Assembly: GCA_963740315.1 (NCBI GenBank) | Contig: CAVUDP010000002.1 | Location: 3,584,001 to 3,648,000 of the forward strand | Direction of reading: 5' to 3' | Source: an uncultured cyanobacterium | Lineage (GTDB): Bacteria; Cyanobacteriota; Cyanobacteriia; Cyanobacteriales; Nostocaceae | DNA: 64,000 bases | Shown here: piece after piece, positions 20,378-30,199 of the stretch | How the letters are laid out: every line of letters starts with the position of its first letter | Numbering within the stretch: position 1 is the first letter of the stretch | Program-made: the position numbers and the translations under genes | The notes under the pieces: generated by a model | What the model was told of the DNA's origin: nothing | The model's database searches: none | The model's input: only the letters and a program-made list of their open reading frames with translations

Positions 20378-21943
20378 ATGCCATCCATTAACCTGGCGAT
20401 CGCCCGTCTCGTTCACACAGGCACTGATAATTTCGCCATTTGGGTAGTAAATGCTCCCTATCCCAGTGGTTATGTTCTACATGATTCTCTATGGTCGCAA
20501 GAGCTAAATCAAGCTTGGCTGGAATGGCAGCAAATGTTTGCCGGACATTCTCGCTTGGATATATCGCCAAAAAATAAGTCAAATGATTCAAATCCACTTC
20601 CATTAAATTCCCTATCGCCTATTTCCGGTCAAAAAACCAGTTACAGCAGCCGTTTGATGCAATATATGGGGGTCAGTTTATGGCGTTGGGTATTTGAGGG
20701 AGAAATTCTCGGCAGTTTGGAACGCAGTCGCGGTATAGCGATGGGGCAGCATACACGTTTGCGCTTTCGATTGGAAATTCGCGATCCAGATTTGATTGCC
20801 ATTCCTTGGGAAATAATGCAGCGCGAACCCGGACAACCCGCGATGTCGCTTTCTCAACATTTGTTGTTTAGCCGTACTACTTCGAGCGTTGAACCCCTAT
20901 CTTCAACCCGTAGCGACCAAGCTTTAAATATCTTGTTAGTTTTAGCAGAAGATGAAAATCTAAAACTCGAAGAAGAAGCAGCTATTCTTCAACAAACTCT
21001 TTCGGGTGGTAGTTCGGTGGGTAGTAGCTCTGCCGGATACGCGCCTTGTATGGTAAAGGTACTGGTAAAACCAACATCTGTGCAACTGATTAGTGAGTTA
21101 GAAACCAAAGCTTATAACGTCTTTTTTTATGCAGGTCATGGCTTGCCAGGTCCCGACGGAGGGTTTCTATTTTTACAGAATGATATGACACTTAACGGAA
21201 TGGAACTAGCACAAGCTTTAACCCGCAGTGACGTAAAGCTGGCAGTTTTCAACGCTTGTTGGGGGGCACAACCTTTCTCCGATAAAAACCGAGCGATCGC
21301 TTACAGTAGTTTGGCAGAAGTACTGATCCGTCAAGGTGTGCCTGCCGTACTGGGAATGCGCGATGAAATTACCGATGCGGAAAGTCATAGCTTTATTCAA
21401 ACCTTTGCCTTAGCTTTACGCAGTCGCAAACCCATTGACGAAGCTGTTGCCGAAGGAAGAAAAAGATTATTAACAATTTACCATTTCAATCAACCTGCTT
21501 GGACACTACCAGTTCTTTACTTACACCCCCATTTCGACGGTGAATTAGTCAAAAGTTTTGAGGAAGGCGCTACAGAAATACCAACAACTTTTATTCCCGG
21601 AAGTGCAAATGTTTCCTTACGTTCCTTACAAGCAGGTGGTAAAACTTGGTTGCTCAAACCTGGAGTTACCCGCATTGGTCGCACCAAAGAAAATGATATT
21701 GTAATCAGAGAACCTTCAGTTTCAAAGCGTCACGCTGAAATCTTATGTCGCAATAGCTTAGCTGGCAGTACTCAAGTGCAAACTTACTATTTAGAAGATT
21801 TATCTACCTATGGCACTACTTGGATTTTACGTTCCGGTGGTTGGGAGCAAATCTACCGACGGGAAATACCTTTAGAATCGGGAATGCATTTAAAGTTTGG
21901 CAGTACTAAAAGTCAAACTTGGGAATTTCGGATCGAAAATTAG
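20378..21943 (+). CDS. CHAT (caspase/HetF-like) protease with C-terminal FHA domain
   Basis: LRFRL..IPWE, YAGHG (His), FNACWG (Cys), GVPAVLGM, WTLPVLY; FHA motifs IGR, SVSKRHA, STYGT. Confidence 0.9.
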   Translation: MPSINLAIARLVHTGTDNFAIWVVNAPYPSGYVLHDSLWSQELNQAWLEWQQMFAGHSRLDISPKNKSNDSNPLPLNSLSPISGQKTSYSSRLMQYMGVSLWRWVFEGEILGSLERSRGIAMGQHTRLRFRLEIRDPDLIAIPWEIMQREPGQPAMSLSQHLLFSRTTSSVEPLSSTRSDQALNILLVLAEDENLKLEEEAAILQQTLSGGSSVGSSSAGYAPCMVKVLVKPTSVQLISELETKAYNVFFYAGHGLPGPDGGFLFLQNDMTLNGMELAQALTRSDVKLAVFNACWGAQPFSDKNRAIAYSSLAEVLIRQGVPAVLGMRDEITDAESHSFIQTFALALRSRKPIDEAVAEGRKRLLTIYHFNQPAWTLPVLYLHPHFDGELVKSFEEGATEIPTTFIPGSANVSLRSLQAGGKTWLLKPGVTRIGRTKENDIVIREPSVSKRHAEILCRNSLAGSTQVQTYYLEDLSTYGTTWILRSGGWEQIYRREIPLESGMHLKFGSTKSQTWEFRIEN

Positions 21944-22117
21944 ACAACTATCCGTCTTGGTACTTATTATATGTTTTGGTATTAACATAGACGCTACGCC
22001 AGCAATCGAAGTAAAAGACTAACAACCCTAAATAAAATAAAATTTCAGTTTGCGGAAATTAGAGACTGAGTGCTGTAGCTGTCAATACCCCAAATTCATT
22101 GCGAAAGGAGACAACAC

Positions 22118-22768
22118 ATGGCTGACAAAATGAAAGGTTCAACAAATTTTAATAATTCACTTTCTCAAATCGAATTAGATTTACTTGCAACTTTATTAGA
22201 ACCAGAAGATAATGCTTATCCTTGGAATCCCTGCGACGAGGAAAACCAAGCTTATTTTAGTCAGCTAGAAGAGCAATTCCCGATGCAGGAATTGTTAGAT
22301 GAGGAACTAAACACTCGCTGCGAAGGCTTTCATAACCAATTAGATGCACTTTGGTCTAAAGTGGAAACCCAAGCGCAATACAATTGTAATACAAATCCTT
22401 CAGTAGCTGTTAAGCTCTCATATAGTTTACAAAAAGAGTTTCGTAATAGTATACCCAAAAATTGGATAAACTCGATTGCTCAAAAAGCAGCAGAGATTTT
22501 TAATTCACAACAATCAATTACAGAACAATTGATTGAATGCGTACAAACTGTATTACCAAGTATAGACGCAGACGACATCATGGTTTTAGCGCGTCCGTTA
22601 GCTTATGCAACTAGAAGTGGAGAACCGAAAAAAGTCGAATCAGCGCTTACTGACTTCAATCAAGACGACAATCGTGAATGGGCAGCTTTATCAGAAATTG
22701 AACAAGCAAAAATAGGTTTAGCCATTGCTTATCATGCACTAAACCAGTTAGATACTCAAGCAGAGTAA
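22118..22768 (+). CDS. Conserved hypothetical helical protein, possibly a remote PatU3-core homolog
   Basis: AAGGAG RBS; YPW, IP..I..K...S...L...V...P, TRSGE and REWAALSEIEQAKIGLAIA pattern. Confidence 0.8.
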   Translation: MADKMKGSTNFNNSLSQIELDLLATLLEPEDNAYPWNPCDEENQAYFSQLEEQFPMQELLDEELNTRCEGFHNQLDALWSKVETQAQYNCNTNPSVAVKLSYSLQKEFRNSIPKNWINSIAQKAAEIFNSQQSITEQLIECVQTVLPSIDADDIMVLARPLAYATRSGEPKKVESALTDFNQDDNREWAALSEIEQAKIGLAIAYHALNQLDTQAE

Positions 22769-23210
22769 ATATTTATTCGCCATTTTCTACTTTAATTGCA
22801 ATGCGAGTGCAATTAACTTGTTTTTTATGGCTGGGACTGAGCTATTTTGAAGAATTTTCTTTCTTAAGGTAGATTTACCCATTATGTTTCAAGGATAAAA
22901 TAGTTAACGCTCCAGCCTCATCTATCAAAAGATATATTAATAATTAGTTGTTAGTGGTTAGTGGTTAGTTGTTAATAATTACTAATTCGTAATAACCCAT
23001 GACCTTGAAGAAAAAGTTAAATTAATACGAGTGCTGCGAGATAAATAAATAAATATTAAAATAGTTCAAACTTAGGAAGTTAATAAACTGATAAGTAAGG
23101 TTTTGACTAAATATACAGCCGATTACCTAGATGAGTGATGTACAAAACACATCGTTATAAGGGAGTAGGGAGTAGAAGAATGTACTTCCTGCAACTTGCC
23201 GAACTGCTGT

Positions 23211-23250
23211 AACTAACAACTAACAACTAACAACTAACAACTAACAACCA
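23211..23250. repeat. (AACTAAC) STRR
   Basis: Tandem heptamers at the 3' end of the PrsW-family gene. Confidence 0.85.
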
Positions 23251-23251
23251 A

Positions 23252-24619
23252 TTATTTATTTCCAAAAAAGCGGGTGGCGAAATTTTGTTCGCGATTGGGT
23301 GAAAGCGCCCTTGCTTTAAGAATTGCAGCCATCAAAAAAGCATAAGACAATACCCCTACAACAACCAGAAGTAAACCATTGATAGCCCCAGTTGCATTCC
23401 ATAAAGCATGAAGCGCCGATGCACTAAGGTAGCCAACTAAGAGAATTTTTCCTCCTAATTTTGGTTTAAGCACGGCTAAACCAATAAAATACCCAAGATA
23501 TCCGCTGTAAGCCATATGTCCAGCGACAGAACCTAAAATTCGCGGAATTAGCAATTGTAGTCCGACTAATTGCCCTGTTTCAGTTCCTGCTTGAATCGCA
23601 GCGCTTTGACTAACTTCCGGCACGTACTGCCCTAAGGTTTCCAACAATGTAAAACCAACGGCAGAAGCAGCGCCGAGTAAGATTCCATCTAATGGTTCCG
23701 AAACGCCAATACGCTCTCGCCAAGGTGAAGGCAATTTTAAACCGACAAAATATAGACCTAAAACTGGCAATGCTTTGAGTAGTTCTTCCATCAAGCCAGC
23801 GCCGAAAAACATCCGCACCAGCCATTCTGTAAAAGTGATTGATTCTTGTCCCGAAGGCAATCTACCCGGTAGAATTTCGCGAAATACAAAAATAAATAAG
23901 TCTAATATAGGACTAACTAAAATTAAAGCTGTAGATAAACTGACGCTTAATAAAACCCACCAAGGCTTGTGCTTACCGCATAACTGATAAATAAAATAGT
24001 ATGCAGCGAAAGCGATATAAACAGCTACTATAATTTGGTTTGCTTCCGGTTTTCCCACCGTAGCAAACATTAGTACTACAAATATAACTGTTAAAATTCC
24101 CGGTATTAAGTAGGCTTTGCTAGTTAAATCTTTACCTGTAGAAACTATGGGAAATAATTGAGTAAAGCTAACTGAGTCTGGTTTGGAGTTTTGGGAATTT
24201 GTCGTTCCAGCAACGGATGAGTTATTAGCAGAAATTGTCGTTTTTTGTTCAACGATTTCGCTACTAAAAATTAATTGAGGTCCATCGTAGCCCAAAGTAA
24301 TGCGATCGCCAGGAAAAACTTGCTGACATTCCTGTAAGCGTTTTCCATTCAAATAAGTACCGTTAGCACTGTTTAAATCGCAAAGTATCCAACTGATTTC
24401 ACCATCGGGGGATAAACTTAAAGGACGAACTACTGCATGACGACGGGATACCATGCGGTACTTTAATGCATCTAATACAACTTGACAGTGAGGATCGCGT
24501 CCAATTACCGCCTCTGAAGTTGGAATTAGCGAGAAGCGTTGACGAACTTTGGTTGCTTCTAATTCCTTACCAGACACTAGCCGCAGAAATGCATTCTGTC
24601 TTGCGTTTTTGCCTGTCAT
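23252..24619 (-). CDS. FHA-domain PrsW-family intramembrane glutamic protease
   Basis: FHA motifs IGR, VSRRHA, SANGT; multiple TMs with EELLK, GFTLLE, GH and HALWN. Confidence 0.9.
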   Translation of the reverse strand: MTGKNARQNAFLRLVSGKELEATKVRQRFSLIPTSEAVIGRDPHCQVVLDALKYRMVSRRHAVVRPLSLSPDGEISWILCDLNSANGTYLNGKRLQECQQVFPGDRITLGYDGPQLIFSSEIVEQKTTISANNSSVAGTTNSQNSKPDSVSFTQLFPIVSTGKDLTSKAYLIPGILTVIFVVLMFATVGKPEANQIIVAVYIAFAAYYFIYQLCGKHKPWWVLLSVSLSTALILVSPILDLFIFVFREILPGRLPSGQESITFTEWLVRMFFGAGLMEELLKALPVLGLYFVGLKLPSPWRERIGVSEPLDGILLGAASAVGFTLLETLGQYVPEVSQSAAIQAGTETGQLVGLQLLIPRILGSVAGHMAYSGYLGYFIGLAVLKPKLGGKILLVGYLSASALHALWNATGAINGLLLVVVGVLSYAFLMAAILKARALSPNREQNFATRFFGNK

Positions 24620-25238
24620 CGAGTCAGTATTATTTCTCAACTATATAAGGTCGGTTTTTTGTTGGCAGTAAGACTTAACCACGCAACTGTATTTTATATT
24701 TTTCTTTTGCTTAATACACTATAGTTCACCCTTTGTTCGGAAATTGAAATTTATAATTAAAAGTTTTGCTTAGTTCCGCAACAAGTGCCAGTAGTATCAC
24801 CCATTATCTTAGTCTACGCTACCCTGTAGTAATTTGGCTTTGTTGAATTATAAATTTTACGCATCGTAATAGTTATCAAAAAAGCCTATTTGATGTATTT
24901 TTCTTTAACTGTATATTTACAGTCTTGACTAAAACGATCGTTTTGTATTCAAAAAATCAACAATTGTTAAAATCTATATTTACCATTAAAAAATCAGCTA
25001 TATTTGATAAGTTTTATAAATTATTCGGTACATTTGTCAGTATTAAAAAGGTATTACGTCCATCAATTAAGAGCGGCAAACGCAGTCCACTTGATGCATC
25101 CACATCTACGTATCTACCGTTAGCACTACGTACATTACTTTTAAAGGTTAAATAAAATTTTTCTTTATTAAAAATTAAGCATTGTTTGCTATCTAAAACA
25201 ATCTTATCGATATTTTGATAAAAAAATATTTACTATAT

Positions 25239-26282
25239 CTATATACAGTCAATAGCTTGCTGCAATTCTCGAAGTTTCTTTAATACTCCACCAGAGTAAA
25301 ATAATTCTTTTGAAAAAGCTAAGCCTTCTAACATATCAGCACAAATCCCACAACGCCATAAATAAAATCCGCCATTCCATAATGCTGTTTGCATGAGTTC
25401 TGATGGTTTAGCTTGCAATACTAATTTCATCTCTGAGATTAATTCTTCAGTATTAGTTAGAGGTACGTTTGTCGTAGTAAAGCCATATTCGCGAGGAACT
25501 AAAAGTAATCGATCTATGGGATTATTACCATTTCCTAAACCAATAATTGCAGTGCGGTCGCGTGGTAAATCGCAACTACCTTCTAAACCTTTTACTGTTG
25601 TAAACTGAGTTATTCCCATACTCGCCAACGTTGCTCGAAACCTTTCTTCTGTGGGCGGATGAACAAACCCAGTCACGATATGAGCATCGCCAGCATAAGG
25701 ACACCAAATTAATTCCATTGTGGCAAAGGGCGGACGCTTGCCGATTTGATCGCGGTATTCCCAAATACTTTTTATTAAGGGAAAATGCACGGGTGTATAA
25801 ACAAAACCGATTCCCGTTTCTTCTAATATTTGTTGAGTTAATGGTAATTCTAACTTTGTCCAGTCAACACCCAAGCCTTGCCAAATATCTACCAATGGAA
25901 GTCCGTATTTCGTGGGAAGGCGATCGCCACCGTGCATGATGACATTTTGCCCTGCTGTTGCCAACAATAAAGCTGTTATCGGACTAATTGGGGCAGTGCG
26001 AGTTCTGCCATCATAAGGTATACCGAATATAACTGGTTGCTTGCCCTCGATCGCTTTCAATTGCGGTCCAAGTTCGTTGTAAGCGTCCAACATTCCTGCT
26101 AACTCTTCGCTGGTAGGACGTTTGATGCGGTGTGCAATCAAAAAAGCACCAATTTGCACTGGTGTTGCTTCACCCAAAAGCATCATTTTGGTGGCTAAGA
26201 AAGCTTCAGTACGAGTTAAATCTTCTTTTGTATGTTCGCCACTACCTATTTTTTTAAGTAAATCTCTAAATGAATTGCTCAT
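25239..26282 (-). CDS. cnaT: Anthranilate phosphoribosyltransferase-like protein (CnaT type)
   Basis: TrpD-like N-terminus (LTRTEA..QIGAFLIAHRIK), YDGR, MHGG; lies downstream of the ntcB-like gene as in Anabaena; upstream ORF extension is repeat-derived. Confidence 0.75.
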   Translation of the reverse strand: MSNSFRDLLKKIGSGEHTKEDLTRTEAFLATKMMLLGEATPVQIGAFLIAHRIKRPTSEELAGMLDAYNELGPQLKAIEGKQPVIFGIPYDGRTRTAPISPITALLLATAGQNVIMHGGDRLPTKYGLPLVDIWQGLGVDWTKLELPLTQQILEETGIGFVYTPVHFPLIKSIWEYRDQIGKRPPFATMELIWCPYAGDAHIVTGFVHPPTEERFRATLASMGITQFTTVKGLEGSCDLPRDRTAIIGLGNGNNPIDRLLLVPREYGFTTTNVPLTNTEELISEMKLVLQAKPSELMQTALWNGGFYLWRCGICADMLEGLAFSKELFYSGGVLKKLRELQQAIDCI

Positions 26283-26309
26283 ATTTTTTTTAATTAACAC
26301 CCTTTTGAG

Positions 26310-26560
26310 AAATGGGGAGATGGGGAGATGGGGTTCGGGGGAGATGGGGAGATGGGGAGACAAGGGGAGACAAGGGGACAAGGGAAGACAAGGGGAGACA
26401 AGGGGACAAGGGAATAATAATTTTTATTAACTCCTAACTCCTAACTCCTAACGGTTACTGAGCAGTTCGACGTAGCTCACTGTAAGACTTGTCGAAGTAC
26501 TCCTAACCTTTAACCTTTAACCTTTAACCTTTAACCTTTAACCTTTAACATGCAGACTTT
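26310..26560. repeat. Composite repeat block: GGGGAGAT, GGGGACAA, CTCCTAA, nested small dispersed repeat, CCTTTAA
   Basis: Directly visible. Confidence 0.85.
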
Positions 26561-27485
26561 TTATCTGTTCGGGTATATTTTCGCTGACTAAATGCCAGAA
26601 GTACTGTATTGGAGGAATTTGCAAGCGATCTTGAGTTGTTACCATTACTACTTGGCGAGTTAAAGATGTACTGCCGAGGGAAGAACCATTGTTATTAATA
26701 ACAAAAGGACGAACCGCAAGACTGGAGTCGATACGTGCTTCAATTAATGCAGAAGCTGGTAATAATGCAATCAATTCTCCTTGACGTACTATTCCCCGGA
26801 AGGCATCTAAGGTATTTACTTCTAAGGCTGCTTTTAATAATGCGTCAGTTTGGTCAAATTGATTTTGTACTAAACGCTGCATTCCATAACCTTCTTTGAA
26901 AATTACTTGAGGATAGCGAATTAACTCCAACCAAGGAATGCATTCATATTCGGCTAATGGATGATTGGCTGATATTAAAACTTCTATGGGTTCTTCATAA
27001 AGTGTTTCGACAACCATTTCTTTACTCATGGTAAGAAAACGATTGTTCATTACAATTGCTAAATCAACTAGTCCATCTTTAAGAACTTTCAGCGCCCTAT
27101 CGCTACCTAATGATGTTACCCGTAATTGCACTTCGGGGTATTTGTGACAAAATAATTGCAGCAAAGGTGGAAAATAATAAGCACATACCGATGGAATACA
27201 GGCGATACAAAGTTCGGGTTGTTTACCTGCGATTAAATCCGTTATTTCTTGTTTCGCGGTTTGCCACTCCGAACAAATTTTACGGGCACGAGGCAATAAA
27301 GTTTCACCCGCCAACGTCAATTTTGACTGACTGGTTCTGTGAAACAATTCAAACCCTAAATCTGCCTCTAATGACTGAATTTGACGACTGATTGTAGATT
27401 GGGTAACACTACATTTTTGCGCTGCTTTTTGAAAGCTGCCACTCTCAGCGATCGCCAAGAAGGCTTGCAACTGTTCTAGTCGCAT
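26538..27485 (-). CDS. ntcB: LysR-family regulator NtcB
   Basis: MRLEQLQAFLAIAE..TQSTISRQIQSLE HTH; canonical NtcA promoter upstream; adjacent cnaT-like gene. Confidence 0.8.
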   Translation of the reverse strand: MRLEQLQAFLAIAESGSFQKAAQKCSVTQSTISRQIQSLEADLGFELFHRTSQSKLTLAGETLLPRARKICSEWQTAKQEITDLIAGKQPELCIACIPSVCAYYFPPLLQLFCHKYPEVQLRVTSLGSDRALKVLKDGLVDLAIVMNNRFLTMSKEMVVETLYEEPIEVLISANHPLAEYECIPWLELIRYPQVIFKEGYGMQRLVQNQFDQTDALLKAALEVNTLDAFRGIVRQGELIALLPASALIEARIDSSLAVRPFVINNNGSSLGSTSLTRQVVMVTTQDRLQIPPIQYFWHLVSENIPEQIKSLHVKG

Positions 27486-27520
27486 TTTTAGGTAGCTGCC
27501 TGTGATATTTATGGCTATTT

Positions 27521-27562
27521 AACTTAACGTATTTTCATCCGCTTTTTGGTAGATTTTGCTAC
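27521..27562 (-). promoter_or_regulatory. NtcA-activated promoter of ntcB
   Basis: Minus strand GTAGCAAAATCTAC (GTA-N8-TAC), then exactly 22 nt, then TAAGTT (TAN3T). Confidence 0.85.
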
Positions 27563-27744
27563 ATATATTTTTTCGCAGTCAAATTTTAATTCAATTAGAT
27601 ATGTTTGTAATTTTACTTAATACCAGTATCTCACGGTATTCGAGTCAATATTTATTCGTTTTTTTTTCCTGAAATTTTCACAATAATTTTTGCGAATAAA
27701 AGTATAGATACATAAAATGATTCGCGATAAATCTAGTTAAAGAA

Positions 27745-28164
27745 TTATTTAATCAAAACCGCATCACCCTCAATCTTGACTGCGTAGGTTTTTAAAGGTG
27801 CTGTAGCTGGTGCAGTTTGAACTTTCCCATCAACGCCAAATTCAGAACCATGACAGGGACAGACAAATTTACTGGTATCGCTTTTCCATTCCACCGTACA
27901 ACCTGCATGGGTACAGGTAGGGTTAACCGCAACTAACTGATTGGGAAGCGAAGTTTTAACTACTAATACTTCTCCAACAGACGTATTTTTTGCAAGCAAC
28001 TTACTATTCGTATTTAATTCAGAAGAGGTGCCAATTTTTTGCCATTCTTGAGATTTGCTCGATGTTTGGTTTGTTTCCTTTGAAGAACAAGCTGCAATAG
28101 CGACGGGTAAACAACTGGCTATCCAGCCAACACCAACCCAATTTAAGAAGTTACGACGGTTCAT
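27745..28164 (-). CDS. Small Rieske [2Fe-2S] protein, PetC-like, Tat lipoprotein
   Basis: MNRRNFL Tat motif, IAAC lipobox, CTHAGC and CPCHGS. Confidence 0.9.
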   Translation of the reverse strand: MNRRNFLNWVGVGWIASCLPVAIAACSSKETNQTSSKSQEWQKIGTSSELNTNSKLLAKNTSVGEVLVVKTSLPNQLVAVNPTCTHAGCTVEWKSDTSKFVCPCHGSEFGVDGKVQTAPATAPLKTYAVKIEGDAVLIK

Positions 28165-28366
28165 GTTTGTAAATTTTTTTGTTTGACGTAAGGAACAAGT
28201 TGTGTAATCGCAAGCAGTCTTTAAAGTTATTTAATTAATGTACCAATGATTGTTTATAGTTATAAATGTCGAATTCTTATTTACTCCTTACTTTTACTTG
28301 ACTGTATTTATTCTCACAGGTTGAATCACGTTTATTTATAACAATATTTGTTACGAGGGATGAACT

Positions 28367-28825
28367 ATGAGAAGTTTATTTAGACAAATTCGCAAGTATG
28401 TTAAAAACGAGAATTTCTTACATGGAATTGAAAACATTGAAGAAATAGTTGCAAAGGTGCTATCAATGACGATGATAGCAATAATATTTATTGCGATTAT
28501 AGATTTAATATTTTATACCATCAATAAATTATTAATTTGGGATATAAACGAAACGAGCTTTAATGACAATTTATTTAAAACGTTTGGACTGTTTTTAAAT
28601 ATTTTAATTGCTTTAGAAATATTAGAAAACATTACTGCTTATTTGAGAAAACACGTTATTCATGTTGAATTAGTAATTGCTACCTCCTTAATTGCTGTAG
28701 CTAGAAAAATTATTATATTAGATTTAAAGAACACGGACGGAATGCAAGTTATTGGTTTAGGAGTTGCAGTTTTTGCTTTATCAATCAGCTATTGGATTAT
28801 CAGAAGCAGCCACCGTAGAAATTAA
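28367..28825 (+). CDS. PsiE-family membrane protein
   Basis: LIALEILENI and IAVARKIII motifs, four TMs. Confidence 0.85.
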   Translation: MRSLFRQIRKYVKNENFLHGIENIEEIVAKVLSMTMIAIIFIAIIDLIFYTINKLLIWDINETSFNDNLFKTFGLFLNILIALEILENITAYLRKHVIHVELVIATSLIAVARKIIILDLKNTDGMQVIGLGVAVFALSISYWIIRSSHRRN

Positions 28826-28839
28826 TTATTTTGCATACT

Positions 28840-29727
28840 TCAATTAACAGATATAACCATCCCTTCATGAGCTAAAAATGCTTTATCAAAGTCTGATTTA
28901 AGCGCTACTTTGAGTTTATCTAAAAAATCATCGCTATCGTTTGGATGATGATTGGAAAATACGAGTTTTTTTACCCCCGTTTTACGGGCTAAATTTACAG
29001 CAATTTTCCAATAAGAATCAATTGGTGTTTGCGAGTCACGTAAATCAGAGGTAATGTAGCTAGGATTCGCAATCAGCAAGTCTACTCCTTGAGTTAACTC
29101 GATCAAGTCTTCTAAATCATCTATTTCGGACTGTAAATCGGTGATGTAAGCAACGCTATATTCTTTCCATGTAATCCTATAGCCAATGGACTTCTGAATA
29201 TTATTGATTAATGCCATTTGTACCGTTACATCATCTATGGCTACCAATTTATCTGGAGTCAAATTATTAAATTGCAGTTGTGACTGCATGGCTTGTAAGG
29301 GGTAAGGAAAATGCGGTAATAGCATCTGATCGCAAAGTGTTTGCTTAATTGATGCACCATTAGAAGCGGCTGTACCGTAAATATGTAAGCAGTTTTGAGG
29401 TGCAAATGCAGGAGCAAAGAAGGGAAAACCCTGAATGCGGTTTGTTTGAGCGTTGGTAAAAAATAAGTGGGCTACTAATTCTTGCTGTTGTTGCAGCCAG
29501 CTTTTTCCCAACACTCGCAATCCTGTACCGCCATCGAAAATCAAATTCTTTCCCCCAACCTGCATTTCTACACAAGCTGTATTACCTCCATAAAGATTAG
29601 TTTCTTCACCTGGAGTCGGAATTAAACCCCGCACGCCCCAAAATTTTACTAAAAAGTCGGCTTGCTTGGAGTAATTTTCTGCCAAGCTTTTGTATTCAGG
29701 ATAAGGCAACGGTTCGATGTTTGACAT
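28840..29727 (-). CDS. Metallo-beta-lactamase-fold protein with degenerate metal motif
   Basis: FWGVRG, YGGNTAC, FDGGTG, YITD, HHP; HxHxDH replaced by NAQTNR. Confidence 0.85.
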   Translation of the reverse strand: MSNIEPLPYPEYKSLAENYSKQADFLVKFWGVRGLIPTPGEETNLYGGNTACVEMQVGGKNLIFDGGTGLRVLGKSWLQQQQELVAHLFFTNAQTNRIQGFPFFAPAFAPQNCLHIYGTAASNGASIKQTLCDQMLLPHFPYPLQAMQSQLQFNNLTPDKLVAIDDVTVQMALINNIQKSIGYRITWKEYSVAYITDLQSEIDDLEDLIELTQGVDLLIANPSYITSDLRDSQTPIDSYWKIAVNLARKTGVKKLVFSNHHPNDSDDFLDKLKVALKSDFDKAFLAHEGMVISVN

Positions 29728-29732
29728 TTTTG

Positions 29733-30122
29733 CTACATAATTGTCTTGCCGAGCAGATCGTCGTAGTGCCGCACTTCTAACAATTTGTTTTTGTCGTCTA
29801 CGATGACAACTGTCGGAGAGAAACTTTCGATTTCTTCCGGAGTAAACTGCCCGTAAGACATTATAATCAAGCGGTCCCCTTTAATGCCCAAACGTGCCGC
29901 AGCCCCATTTAGCTCAATGGCTCCCGAATTTGCTACTCCCGGTATTGTATAAGTAATAAAGCGCTCGCCATTGTTTACGTTCACCACTTGTACCTGCTCG
30001 TAAGGTAAAATCCCAGATTTCTCCAAAAGCATTTGGTCTATGGTAATACTACCCACATAATTGGGGTTAACTTCGGTGAGAATACAGTTGTGAATTTTTG
30101 CTAAAAGAAGCGTGCGGTGCAT
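29733..30122 (-). CDS. panD: Aspartate 1-decarboxylase
   Basis: [11 protein letters not shown] autocleavage site, [14 protein letters not shown]. Confidence 0.96.
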   Translation of the reverse strand: MHRTLLLAKIHNCILTEVNPNYVGSITIDQMLLEKSGILPYEQVQVVNVNNGERFITYTIPGVANSGAIELNGAAARLGIKGDRLIIMSYGQFTPEEIESFSPTVVIVDDKNKLLEVRHYDDLLGKTIM

Positions 30123-30199
30123 TGGGCAATTAAATTTTTTGAGAGAGGATTTAAAGTTAAACTTTTTGTCGCTGCTTGAATTGAACTAGTATCTTTTGA

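Noticed and set aside
26283..26430. N-terminal extension of CnaT and the overlapping + strand ORF
   Set aside because: Repeat-derived
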